Source: Candidatus Peribacteraceae bacterium (GTDB lineage: Bacteria; Patescibacteriota; Gracilibacteria; Peribacterales; Peribacteraceae). Taken from it: a DNA stretch of 64,000 bases. Made by a program: the position numbers and the translations under genes. Shown in pieces: positions 16,851 to 25,046 of the stretch. The stretch covers positions 6,609 through 70,608 of the forward strand of contig DASZVA010000014.1 of the NCBI GenBank assembly GCA_035547395.1. The letters are read 5' to 3'. Numbering within the stretch: position 1 is the stretch's first letter; each line of letters begins with the position of its first letter. Under the pieces are notes generated by a model. The model was not told the origin of the DNA, ran no database searches, and saw only the letters and a list, made by a program, of their open reading frames with translations.

Positions 16851-18188
16851 TCACAGGTAACTGTCGACTCGGATGGATCCGATATACACGATCGAATCTT
16901 CCTTCATCTCGCGCCGGAGCACCTTCGCAAGACCGATGCGATCCACAACGTCGCGGAAGCGCTGCAACCCGCCGGGCGCATCGAAGTTCGTCATCTTGGT
17001 AAATTGTTCCAGACGTTTACCGGAAACAATGATCGTACCGTCCTGCTTCGTCTGCACTTTATAGGCGCCCATGCGCATTGATTCCTGCTGTGGACGCAGC
17101 ACCGGCAGCTCTTTGGCTTCGGCTTGTTCCACTTCTTCCTCCACTGTTTCACGCTTGGTGCGTTCTTCCAGAACAATCGGAAGAAGTTTCTGCACCAATT
17201 CATCCGTATGCAGTTTCGTTGCCGCGGAAATGCCGAGGAAGATCTCAATGCCGCGCTTCTTCAATTCTTTTTCAAGCGCGGAGGTATCACCGCCGATCAG
17301 ATCAATTTTGTTCAGAAGCACGAGCTCGCGCTTGGATCCCAGAAGAGGGGAGTGCTTGGTAAGTTCGGATCGGATCACGTTGTAATCCTCGACCAGCTTG
17401 TCGACGTTCACTTTGTTCTCTTCTTCGAGCGCGCGGCCGATGTCGAGCAGATGCAGCAGCACGCCGCAGCGTTCGATGTGGCGCAAAAATTGATGGCCGA
17501 GTCCTTTGCCTTCACTTGCGCCTTCGATCAGACCCGGAATGTCGCAGACGACGTAACTGCGCTCCCCCAGCTGCACGACGCCCAGATTCGGTACGAGCGT
17601 GGTGAACGGATAGTCGGCGATCTTCGGCCGCGCCGCGCTGATCACCGAGATCAATGTGGATTTGCCGACACTCGGATAGCCGATGATGCCGACGTCGGCG
17701 ATGAGCTTGAGTTCGAGCTTCAGCATTTTCCTTTCTCCCGGTTCACCGAGCTCCGCGAAGTCCGGACGCTGGCGCGTGGAGCTCGCGAAGTGCGCATTGC
17801 CGTATCCGCCGCGTCCGCCGAACGCCGCGATCACGCGGTCACCGGGTTCTTTCAGATCCGCGATCACGTGAAATGTTTTCGGATTTTTTTCATCCTGCTC
17901 GGAGATGGTTGTTCCGGGCGGCACTTTGAGCACCAAATCCTCCGCATCTTTTCCTGCTCTGTTCGATCCGCTGCCGAACCGCCCTTTCTCTCCTTCGAAT
18001 CTTTTGCGCGACGTAAAATCGGTCAGCGTGTCGGTGTTGGGATCGGCGATAAACACAATGTTCGCGCCTCTGCCGCCGTCTCCGCCGTCGGGTCCGCCTT
18101 TCGGAATATATTTTTCGCGCCGCCAGCTGACGCATCCGCGCCCGCCGTCGCCGCCGGCTACTTCGATAATGGCTTCATCGAGAAACAT
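16851..18188 (-). CDS. obg: GTPase Obg/CgtA
   Basis: The N-terminal Gly-rich Obg fold reads MFLDEAIIEVAGGDGGRGCVSWRREKYIPKGGPDGGDGGRG. G1-G4 motifs are present (GYPSVGKST, DIPGLIEGA, NKID), with a C-terminal OCT-like domain. Confidence 0.95.
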   Translation of the reverse strand: MFLDEAIIEVAGGDGGRGCVSWRREKYIPKGGPDGGDGGRGANIVFIADPNTDTLTDFTSRKRFEGEKGRFGSGSNRAGKDAEDLVLKVPPGTTISEQDEKNPKTFHVIADLKEPGDRVIAAFGGRGGYGNAHFASSTRQRPDFAELGEPGERKMLKLELKLIADVGIIGYPSVGKSTLISVISAARPKIADYPFTTLVPNLGVVQLGERSYVVCDIPGLIEGASEGKGLGHQFLRHIERCGVLLHLLDIGRALEEENKVNVDKLVEDYNVIRSELTKHSPLLGSKRELVLLNKIDLIGGDTSALEKELKKRGIEIFLGISAATKLHTDELVQKLLPIVLEERTKRETVEEEVEQAEAKELPVLRPQQESMRMGAYKVQTKQDGTIIVSGKRLEQFTKMTNFDAPGGLQRFRDVVDRIGLAKVLRREMKEDSIVYIGSIRVDSYL

Positions 18189-18195
18189 GAATGAA

Positions 18196-18226
18196 ATGTA
18201 AAGTGTAAAATGAAAAATGCAGAATG
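18196..18226. repeat. left array of 7-nt-periodic (A/G)TGNNNN repeats
   Basis: ATG/GTG recurs at 18196, 18203, 18210, 18217 and 18224. The array is an inverted copy of the one at 18719-18749. Confidence 0.8.
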
Positions 18227-18236
18227 TAAGGAAGGA

Positions 18237-18668
18237 TTAGTTGGATAATGATACACGAGAGCTTTTAATGATGCTTGTCAGAAGTGCAATGATTTCTATC
18301 GCATTACTCTGAAGTACTTGGAATTTCTGCTGTTTATCAGCTGCGAATTCTGAATCCATAATCAATTGAATCCAGTACTGACTTTCATGAATTTCCTTCA
18401 ATGCAATGGACATTTTGTATATAAAATCTTTTTTCGTTGGCGCATGAATGGCTTCACGCACGTTTGCACCGACACTTGTTCCCGATCGAACGAGCTGCTT
18501 GCTAAGAATGTATTCCTTCTTTTCATCTATAAGGTATCGACACAATCGAATCGTATTCAACGCAAAATCATACGTCTTTGATTCAATGATATTCGGCTTA
18601 TTCATGCGGAAATATTGGTCTCTATCCTCAACGATGTCAACGACCGTTTGCATGTGACACTTGACCAT
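18237..18668 (-). CDS. four-helix-bundle protein (TIGR02436 / '23S rRNA intervening-sequence protein' family)
   Basis: It carries the signature ...ILSKQLVRSGTSVGANVREA.. and is 143 aa. The gene is AT-rich relative to its neighbours. Confidence 0.85.
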   Translation of the reverse strand: MVKCHMQTVVDIVEDRDQYFRMNKPNIIESKTYDFALNTIRLCRYLIDEKKEYILSKQLVRSGTSVGANVREAIHAPTKKDFIYKMSIALKEIHESQYWIQLIMDSEFAADKQQKFQVLQSNAIEIIALLTSIIKSSRVSLSN

Positions 18669-18674
18669 CGTACT

Positions 18675-18701
18675 TTAGCACTCTAAATTATTGAGTGCTA
18701 A
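18675..18701 (+). promoter_or_regulatory. CIRCE operator (HrcA binding site) upstream of dnaK
   Basis: TTAGCACTC-taaattatt-GAGTGCTAA matches the TTAGCACTC-N9-GAGTGCTAA consensus perfectly. Confidence 0.9.
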
Positions 18702-18718
18702 TTATAGAATAATTCAAA

Positions 18719-18749
18719 CATTCAACATTTTACACTCTACATTTTACAT
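18719..18749. repeat. right array of 7-nt-periodic CA(T/C)NNNN repeats
   Basis: CAT/CAC recurs at 18719, 18726, 18733, 18740 and 18747. Its reverse complement contains GTGTAAAATG, identical to part of the left array. Confidence 0.8.
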
Positions 18750-18758
18750 TTCTCTCCT

Positions 18759-20663
18759 ATGTCCAAAATTATCGGTATCGACCTCGGTACCACGAACTCC
18801 TGCGTCGCCGTCATCGAAGGCGGAGAGCCGGTCGTGATCCCCAACTCTGAAGGCAACCGCACGACGCCGTCCATTGTTGCGTTCAAAGACAGTGAAGTTT
18901 TGGTCGGCGTCGCGGCCAAGCGCCAGGCGGTCACGAATCCCAAGAACACGATTTTTTCTGCGAAGCGATTCATCGGTCATCGCTACAGCGAAGTAAAAGA
19001 AGAAGCATCGCGCATGCCGTTTGAGGTGAAGGAAGGCAAAGAGGGGAGAGCGGTGATCGTCGTGAATGGAAAAGAAATGCTGCCGCAGGAAGTGAGCGCG
19101 AAAGTGCTGCAGAAACTGAAAGCGGACGCCGAGGCGTTCCTCGGCGGCAAAGTGGAGAAGGCGGTAATCACGGTACCCGCTTATTTTGACGACTCGCAGA
19201 GACAGGCAACCAAGGAAGCAGGTCAAATCGCTGGACTCGAAGTCGTGCGCATCATCAATGAACCGACCGCCGCCGCACTCGCATACGGACTCGACAAAGG
19301 AAAGGAGCAGAAGATCGCGGTGTACGACCTCGGCGGAGGTACGTTCGACATCTCGGTGCTCGACATGGGCGACGGCGTCTTCGAAGTGCTCGCGACCAAC
19401 GGCGACACGCACCTCGGCGGCGACGATTTCGATCAAGTGATCATTGAGTGGATTCTGGAGGAATTCAAGAAGGAAAGCGGCGTGGATCTGAGTCAGGACA
19501 AGATTGCGCTGCAGCGTCTCAAGGAAGCGGCCGAGAAAGCGAAGATCGAATTGTCATCCGCGACCGAAACCGAAATCAATCTGCCCTTCATCACGGCGGA
19601 TGCCAGCGGGCCTAAGCATCTGATGATGAAACTGTCGCGCGCGAAGCTGGAATCATTGGTCGCGCCGCTCATCGAAAAAACGATGGAGCCGTGCTTGAAG
19701 GCGATGAAGGATGCCAAAGTGAGCAAGAGCGACATTCAGGAAGTCGTGCTCGTCGGGGGTATGACGCGCATGCCGAAAGTGATCGAGAAGGTGAAGGAGA
19801 TTTTCGGACGCGAGCCGCATAAGGGCGTGAACCCCGACGAAGTCGTCGCGATCGGCGCCGCGGTGCAGGCGGGTGTCCTCGGCGGCGACATCAACAAGGA
19901 CATCGTGCTCGTGGACGTCACGCCGCTCTCACTCGGCATCGAAACGCTCGGCGGAGTCGCGACGAAAGTGATCGAGCGAAACACCAAGATCCCGACCACG
20001 CGCAGCCAGATTTTCTCGACCGCGGCCGACAATCAGCCATCGGTCGAAGTGCACATCGTGCAGGGCGAGCGCGAACTCGCGCGTGACAACAAGTCGCTCG
20101 GACGTTTCATTCTCGACGGCATACCGCCGGCTCCGCGCGGGATCCCTCAGGTCGAAGTGACGTTCGATCTCGACAGTAACGGAATCCTCAACGTGACCGC
20201 GAAGGACAAGGGCACCGGCAAGGTGCAGCACATCACCATTCAGGGATCGACGGGCTTAAGCAAAGATGAAGTCGAGAAGATGCGCCAAGATGCGGAGCTG
20301 CATGCTGAGGAAGACAAGAAGAAGCGAGAGCTTATCGACGCGCGCAATAACGCCGACGCGTTCCTCTTTAATCTCGACAAGCAGATGCGCGAACATGACG
20401 CCAAGATTCCCGACGCGACCAAGAAGACGGTCAACGAAAAAATGAACGCGCTTCGCGAGGTGCTCAAGAATGAAAATGCGACCGCGGAGGAAATCCAGAA
20501 ATCGATGGATGATCTCTCCGCATCCGCCCAGGAAATCGGCAAGATCGTCTACGAGGAAGCACAGAAAGAGCAGCAGGCGAAGTCTGAAGGCGGCGAAAAG
20601 AAGCCGGAAGACAACGTCGTCGATGCGGAAGTGGTGGATGAGAAGAAGGAAGAGGGGAAATAA
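18759..20663 (+). CDS. dnaK: molecular chaperone DnaK (Hsp70)
   Basis: The sequence begins [18 protein letters not shown] and contains DLGGGTFD and [12 protein letters not shown]. It is 634 aa. Confidence 0.98.
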   Translation: MSKIIGIDLGTTNSCVAVIEGGEPVVIPNSEGNRTTPSIVAFKDSEVLVGVAAKRQAVTNPKNTIFSAKRFIGHRYSEVKEEASRMPFEVKEGKEGRAVIVVNGKEMLPQEVSAKVLQKLKADAEAFLGGKVEKAVITVPAYFDDSQRQATKEAGQIAGLEVVRIINEPTAAALAYGLDKGKEQKIAVYDLGGGTFDISVLDMGDGVFEVLATNGDTHLGGDDFDQVIIEWILEEFKKESGVDLSQDKIALQRLKEAAEKAKIELSSATETEINLPFITADASGPKHLMMKLSRAKLESLVAPLIEKTMEPCLKAMKDAKVSKSDIQEVVLVGGMTRMPKVIEKVKEIFGREPHKGVNPDEVVAIGAAVQAGVLGGDINKDIVLVDVTPLSLGIETLGGVATKVIERNTKIPTTRSQIFSTAADNQPSVEVHIVQGERELARDNKSLGRFILDGIPPAPRGIPQVEVTFDLDSNGILNVTAKDKGTGKVQHITIQGSTGLSKDEVEKMRQDAELHAEEDKKKRELIDARNNADAFLFNLDKQMREHDAKIPDATKKTVNEKMNALREVLKNENATAEEIQKSMDDLSASAQEIGKIVYEEAQKEQQAKSEGGEKKPEDNVVDAEVVDEKKEEGK

Positions 20664-20681
20664 ATCCGCACATCGTTGCAT

Positions 20682-20712
20682 GAAAAGGTGGACGCCATCG
20701 TTCACCTTTTTC
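20682..20712 (+). terminator. rho-independent terminator after dnaK
   Basis: GAAAAGGTG-gacgccatcgtt-CACCTTTTTC forms a stem followed by a T-run. Confidence 0.6.
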
Positions 20713-20746
20713 GAATAGATCGAATGATTTTTGCTACAATGCCTTC

Positions 20747-21220
20747 ATGGAAAAGGCAGACGAAAGTGCCGACATCGCCGTCCTGCGCGAGATGGTGAGG
20801 CTTGCGGAGAACAGGCGGGTAGAACAATTGCAAATGATGGAAAGAATCAACCAGTACAATCTTGGTATTATTGCTTTCTCCGGTTCATTTCTCTCTCTTT
20901 TGATTACGATCAAAGTTCCATCGCCGATTTTTTATGTTTCGGGATGTTTTGCACTGCTGGCAATAGGAACAGCCCTCTGGACAATCCGTCCGCAAACATT
21001 AAAAGGCGGCACATTGCTCATTGCAGATGATATCGCGTCCATCCGAAGGGGTGAAAAATTATCTTTATCCGACTTTTTACTTACAACATCCGAGCTGACT
21101 GAACATGCTGCAAATGCAGCCAGCAAAAGGGCTCATCTTAAGAAACAATGCACGATCATTGCCGTCTTCTTTCTTGCCATTTCTCTCCTCTTTGCGTACA
21201 GTTTATATGCATATGCCTAA
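20747..21220 (+). CDS. hypothetical membrane protein (N-terminal helix plus 3 TM segments)
   Basis: 157-aa ORF in an AT-rich insert. It loosely resembles small DUF5706/PycTM-type membrane proteins, but this is not verifiable by eye. Confidence 0.5.
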   Translation: MEKADESADIAVLREMVRLAENRRVEQLQMMERINQYNLGIIAFSGSFLSLLITIKVPSPIFYVSGCFALLAIGTALWTIRPQTLKGGTLLIADDIASIRRGEKLSLSDFLLTTSELTEHAANAASKRAHLKKQCTIIAVFFLAISLLFAYSLYAYA

Positions 21221-21263
21221 GCCAGGAGACATCACCACCGGGATCTGATCATGCCTAAGCCAG

Positions 21264-21998
21264 GTGACACTTCCATCGGCCTTTAAGAAACAGATCAAAT
21301 CATCAATAGATCACGAAGAAGATCTTTTTTGCGTATGGACATTCTGCAATACTGTGGCGCCTTTTATGATCCAGTCATATCAAGTCGCAGGCAGGGCTGT
21401 TGCGGAAAACATAGCGGCAGAGATTTTGAAAGATGATGAGTTACTGGCACAAATCTTTCGTGAACGCATACAAAAAAGAACTCAACAAGAAATCGCTGAG
21501 TTGTTTTTGAGAAGTCGTTACGAAAATTTGAGTATAAGTGTCGCGCAATCAGCTCTATCCATGGTCTTCAAAAGATTGCTTACAGAAAAAGAGAGACAAG
21601 AAATTTCGAATGCGACGAAGTACTCGCCTACAAAGGATGAACTCAGTCGCGGCGGCAAACATTCCAACAGTCATCAGCCGATTATCCGAGAAGAAGCAGG
21701 ATACGGTGCAAACGGAAAATATCTCTGGGATAAAAAATCTGATTCAGCATTATTATTGGTATTACTTGATCCCACGTGCTGGATAGAGAGCTCCAAGCGC
21801 GGTGAATATCAATGGAATATCGTTGCGATGATATTGAATGATATTCTTAAGCTCGAAAAACCATTATCGACCAAAGCTTGTCGCAACCGATATATTAAAA
21901 TAAGGAAGAAGACAAACGATTACTCTACTGTTTTAAAAATGGGCGATCAGATCTTCGATCCGACGAACGCGGCGAGTTCGACGAGCCTGGTCGAGTAA
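21264..21998 (+). CDS. hypothetical protein with a possible C-terminal Myb/SANT-like helix-turn-helix
   Basis: It has a GTG start. The C-terminus reads YLWDKKSDSALLLVLLD...EYQWNIVAMILNDILKLEKPLSTKACRNRYIKIRKK, which fits a W-x(n)-W-x(n)-CRNR(Y/W) pattern. Its 3' end overlaps the gap 3' end convergently by 52 nt. Confidence 0.45.
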   Translation: MTLPSAFKKQIKSSIDHEEDLFCVWTFCNTVAPFMIQSYQVAGRAVAENIAAEILKDDELLAQIFRERIQKRTQQEIAELFLRSRYENLSISVAQSALSMVFKRLLTEKERQEISNATKYSPTKDELSRGGKHSNSHQPIIREEAGYGANGKYLWDKKSDSALLLVLLDPTCWIESSKRGEYQWNIVAMILNDILKLEKPLSTKACRNRYIKIRKKTNDYSTVLKMGDQIFDPTNAASSTSLVE

Positions 21999-22954
21999 CC
22001 CCACTCGTTGTCGTACCAGCCGAAGACCTTGGCCATGTTCTTGCCCATGGTCTGCGTGAGGGCACTGTCGATGATGCAGCCGTGACTGTCGTGCACGATG
22101 TCGTGCGAGACGATCGGGCGCTTCTCGACTCGCAGGATTCCCTTGAGCGGTCCGTTTGCCGCGGCTTCGAATGCAGCATTGATCGCGTCGACGGACACTT
22201 CTTTCTCGGAGACAAACGTAAGGTCGGTGATGCTGCCGGTCGGCGTCGGCACGCGCATGGCCGTTCCGTTCATCTTGCCGGCAAGCTCCGGTATCACGAG
22301 GCCGATCGCCTTGGCGGCACCGGTCGAGGTCGGAACGATGTTTACGGCGGCAGCCCGCGCACGGCGCAAATCCTTGTGCGGCAGATCGAGCAGATTCTGG
22401 TCATTCGTGTAACTGTGGATCGTCGTCATGAGGCCGCTCACGATGCCGAAATTCTCATGCAGCACCTTGGACATCGGCGCGAGGCAGTTGGTCGTGCAGG
22501 ACGCGTTGCTGATCACGTGCATCGTCTGGGGATCATACTTGTCGTTATTCACTCCCATGCAGAATGTACCGTCAACATCGCCCTTTGCGGGCGCGGACAG
22601 AATCACTTTCTTGGCTCCTGCCTGCAGATGCAACGCCGCATCTTCGCGCTTGGTGAATCTGCCCGTGCATTCCAGCACCACGTCGACGCTCATCTCTTTA
22701 TGCGGCAGCTCTTTGGGATCCTTGATCGCAGTGATCTTGATCGTCTTGCCGTTCACGACGATGCCATCAGCGGTCGCGGACACGTTCCCATCGGCGTAGA
22801 TGCCGTAGCTGGAATCAAACTCAAACAAATGCGCGAGCGTCGCGGGATCGGTGAGATCGTTGATGAGCACGACATTGATGTCCGGATGTTTCTCGAAGAT
22901 GATGCGCAGTACCTGGCGTCCGATGCGTCCGAAACCGTTGATCGCTAGATTCAT
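21947..22954 (-). CDS. gap: type I glyceraldehyde-3-phosphate dehydrogenase
   Basis: The sequence begins MNLAINGFGRIGR and has the active site SNASCTTNCLAP. The start is placed at the internal ATG 22954 rather than the track start at 23002. Confidence 0.95.
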   Translation of the reverse strand: MNLAINGFGRIGRQVLRIIFEKHPDINVVLINDLTDPATLAHLFEFDSSYGIYADGNVSATADGIVVNGKTIKITAIKDPKELPHKEMSVDVVLECTGRFTKREDAALHLQAGAKKVILSAPAKGDVDGTFCMGVNNDKYDPQTMHVISNASCTTNCLAPMSKVLHENFGIVSGLMTTIHSYTNDQNLLDLPHKDLRRARAAAVNIVPTSTGAAKAIGLVIPELAGKMNGTAMRVPTPTGSITDLTFVSEKEVSVDAINAAFEAAANGPLKGILRVEKRPIVSHDIVHDSHGCIIDSALTQTMGKNMAKVFGWYDNEWGYSTRLVELAAFVGSKI

Positions 22955-23007
22955 GGGAGTGATGGGTAAATTCAAGTACGATTGTAACAAAAGAAATGAC
23001 AAAAGGT

Positions 23008-23072
23008 GAATATCGAATTTGGAATACTGAATTTTGGTTCCGATATTCGATATTCAAGATTCGATATTCGTA
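23008..23072. repeat. 7-nt-periodic inverted repeat (GAATNNN)x4 / (ATTCNNN)x4 forming a long imperfect hairpin
   Basis: GAAT recurs at 23008, 23015, 23022 and 23029, and ATTC at 23045, 23052, 23059 and 23066. By eye the arms are about 80% complementary. Confidence 0.8.
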
Positions 23073-23080
23073 TACTCCTT

Positions 23081-23198
23081 CTGCAAGAACAACGCGTCCT
23101 TCTCGAGCAGGGGAGACTCACTCACGAGAATTCCGCCGACCTTACGGTCCTTGAGCACCTTCAGAAAATCCTTCCAGTTCGCGTCGTTCTCGCGGATG
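23081..23198 (-). pseudogene. fragment copy of the 3' end (last ~40 codons) of the endonuclease IV-like gene at 24131-24955
   Basis: The 118 bp align colinearly with 24152-24268. The last ~55 nt are nearly identical (TTGAGCACCTTCAGAAAATCCTTCCAGTTCGCGTCG(T/C)TCTCGCGGATG). No upstream coding continuation exists. Confidence 0.8.
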
Positions 23199-23250
23199 TG
23201 AGGCTTTTGTATGCACGGAACGATATATTGTTAAATTGTTGATTTTGTGT

Positions 23251-23256
23251 TATAAT
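23251..23256 (+). promoter_or_regulatory. extended -10 (TGTTATAAT) placed 6 nt before the ATG, indicating a leaderless-type promoter
   Basis: The sequence is ttgtgTTATAATttatatATG. There is no room for an SD sequence. Confidence 0.5.
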
Positions 23257-23262
23257 TTATAT

Positions 23263-24111
23263 ATGCCAATTGAACAACCGGACTATGGCAAACAGTCTGA
23301 ACTTCCCACATCGCATGAGCGAGTTCATGAGCGGGATATTGATGCAGAGCTCCGCTCCATGATAGACAGTGCAAAAAAGCGAACTGGAAGGGTCCGGGGA
23401 CATGAGAGAGAGGAAGAAAATGAGAAACGGAACAAACTCACCTCTATCGAACGTAAGATCGATGAACCCGACTCGCCAAAGAATCCTTATGCAATTATCT
23501 CCAGGCTCAACAAACGCAAAGAAAGGGAGGGCAGTCGTTCACGCTATGATTACTCAACGGATGGAGTACACTTGTTGATTGATCCCCAGCAAAGAGAAGC
23601 GATCATCGATACCCTGCGCGCCATGGGGGTAACGAAGATCGTCGAAAAAGAGGGAGGCATTATCTTTCAACCAACAAAAGACTGGTGGAACCTCACAATT
23701 CGCCTGAACTACGAAGCAGATCATCCTGACGATCGGGAAGTGGACGGATCGGTTCTTATGGTTATGGGCAAAGACGGCTATTTACGTGACCCTCGAAGTT
23801 CTGCCAATAACTCGGCACCGGACAGGAAGCAATTCAATCCCCGGTTGGAAGACTTGAAACCCACAATAACAGATAAAGGATTTGACCTGCCGATCAACCT
23901 AGATGAATTGAAGCGGAGCGATAAAGGATTTAACCTGGACAAACCGAACAAACCGAAATCCAAACGAACAGGTAAATTGGGTAACGGGAGAGGCGAAGAA
24001 TTTTCTCCTAACATTTCGAGAAACAACGAAAAATACACTGGGCAGGATCAAATCAGACAATCCGCAGCGAGTCCTCTACAACGTCTGTGGAGAATGTTCC
24101 TCGGTCGTTAA
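23263..24111 (+). CDS. hypothetical protein (basic/acidic, low complexity; orphan)
   Basis: The ORF is taken from ATG 23263 (MPIEQPDYGK...); the track start at 23236 lies inside the promoter. It is AT-richer than its flanks and is bracketed by the duplicated 118-bp segment. Confidence 0.55.
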   Translation: MPIEQPDYGKQSELPTSHERVHERDIDAELRSMIDSAKKRTGRVRGHEREEENEKRNKLTSIERKIDEPDSPKNPYAIISRLNKRKEREGSRSRYDYSTDGVHLLIDPQQREAIIDTLRAMGVTKIVEKEGGIIFQPTKDWWNLTIRLNYEADHPDDREVDGSVLMVMGKDGYLRDPRSSANNSAPDRKQFNPRLEDLKPTITDKGFDLPINLDELKRSDKGFNLDKPNKPKSKRTGKLGNGRGEEFSPNISRNNEKYTGQDQIRQSAASPLQRLWRMFLGR

Positions 24112-24130
24112 TTTGTATTCACGGAACAAT

Positions 24131-24955
24131 TCACGCCTTCTCGTATTTCTTCTGCAGAAACAACGCATCCTCCTCCAGCAGCGGTGATTCGCTGACCAGA
24201 ATACCCCCGACCCTGCGCTTCTTGAGCACCTTCAGAAAATCCTTCCAGTTCGCGTCGCTCTCGCGGATGGGCAGGTGATTCTTTTCGCCCTTGGGCCCGT
24301 AGTTGATGCCGGAGAAATGCAGATGCATGTGCGCGAGAGATGTCTTCCCCAAATACTCCGCGTAGAGATCCAGCATCTCGTTCCACTCCTTTGCCGTATT
24401 GATTTTCCCATTGCTGCGGGCATGCATGTGTGCGGGGTCCACGCACGGGTAGATGCCGAATTCCTTGCTGAGCGTGAGCACTTCTTCCAATGTGCCGAAC
24501 TGGGTTGGCTTGCCCATGGTCTCAAACCCCAGATTCACGTGCGGGAACAGCTTGTCTTTCTTCTTCATGATGTCCACGGTCGCACGGCGGACGTTGTCGA
24601 ATGCCTTCGCGGGATCCATGCCCTGATAGAACGCCGGGTGCACGCAGACGGAGACGGCACCCGCGATCTCGGCCATGCTGAGTGCATCCAGAATGCGCTT
24701 CTTGCTGGCCGCGAGCTTCTCTTTGTCCTGTGCGTTCAGATTAATGAAATACGGCGCGTGGACCGTGAGCGCGACATCGAACGATTCCGATGCCTCTCGA
24801 ATTTTTTGCATGTGCTCGGCATTCAGAGGCACGCGCTGCACCCATTCCATTTCCATCGCGGTGATGCCGAGTTTGTGTGCATGTTCGATTCCTTTCAATG
24901 TGCCGCCGGGCTTGGGTGTGCTCAATGGAACGCCGGGGGTCGCGATGCGCAACAT
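24131..24955 (-). CDS. endonuclease IV-like AP endonuclease / xylose-isomerase-like TIM-barrel protein
   Basis: Its motifs are colinear with Nfo: VHAPYFINL, VCVHPAFY, GFETMG, CVDPAHMHA and HLHFSG...GEKNHLP. Confidence 0.6.
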   Translation of the reverse strand: MLRIATPGVPLSTPKPGGTLKGIEHAHKLGITAMEMEWVQRVPLNAEHMQKIREASESFDVALTVHAPYFINLNAQDKEKLAASKKRILDALSMAEIAGAVSVCVHPAFYQGMDPAKAFDNVRRATVDIMKKKDKLFPHVNLGFETMGKPTQFGTLEEVLTLSKEFGIYPCVDPAHMHARSNGKINTAKEWNEMLDLYAEYLGKTSLAHMHLHFSGINYGPKGEKNHLPIRESDANWKDFLKVLKKRRVGGILVSESPLLEEDALFLQKKYEKA

Positions 24956-24962
24956 GATGAAA

Positions 24963-25038
24963 ATGTAAAATGCAAAATGAAGAATGTATAATGAAAGAAG
25001 ACTCCATCATTTTTCATTCTACATTGTACATTCTACAT
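24963..25038. repeat. 7-nt-periodic inverted repeat (ATGNNNN)x5 / (CATNNNN)x5 with a 14-nt loop
   Basis: ATG recurs at 24963, 24970, 24977, 24984 and 24991, and CAT at 25008, 25015, 25022, 25029 and 25036. It belongs to the same AATG heptad family as 18196-18226 and 18719-18749. Confidence 0.8.
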
Positions 25039-25046
25039 TGATTCAC

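Noticed and set aside
21947-21998. Convergent 3'-end overlaps (gap with the 244-aa ORF; nadK with the 202-aa ORF at 59630-59658) considered as regulatory antisense features.
   Set aside because: The overlaps are short and are explained simply by tight packing or by slightly over-extended hypothetical ORFs. No additional structure was seen.
24984-25046. The track's ATG 24984 as the start of the CCA-adding enzyme (extension MYNERRLHHFSFYIVHSTLIH).
   Set aside because: The extension is encoded entirely by the heptad-periodic hairpin, and the ATG is one of the phased repeat ATGs. The in-frame GTG at 25047 directly precedes conserved sequence.
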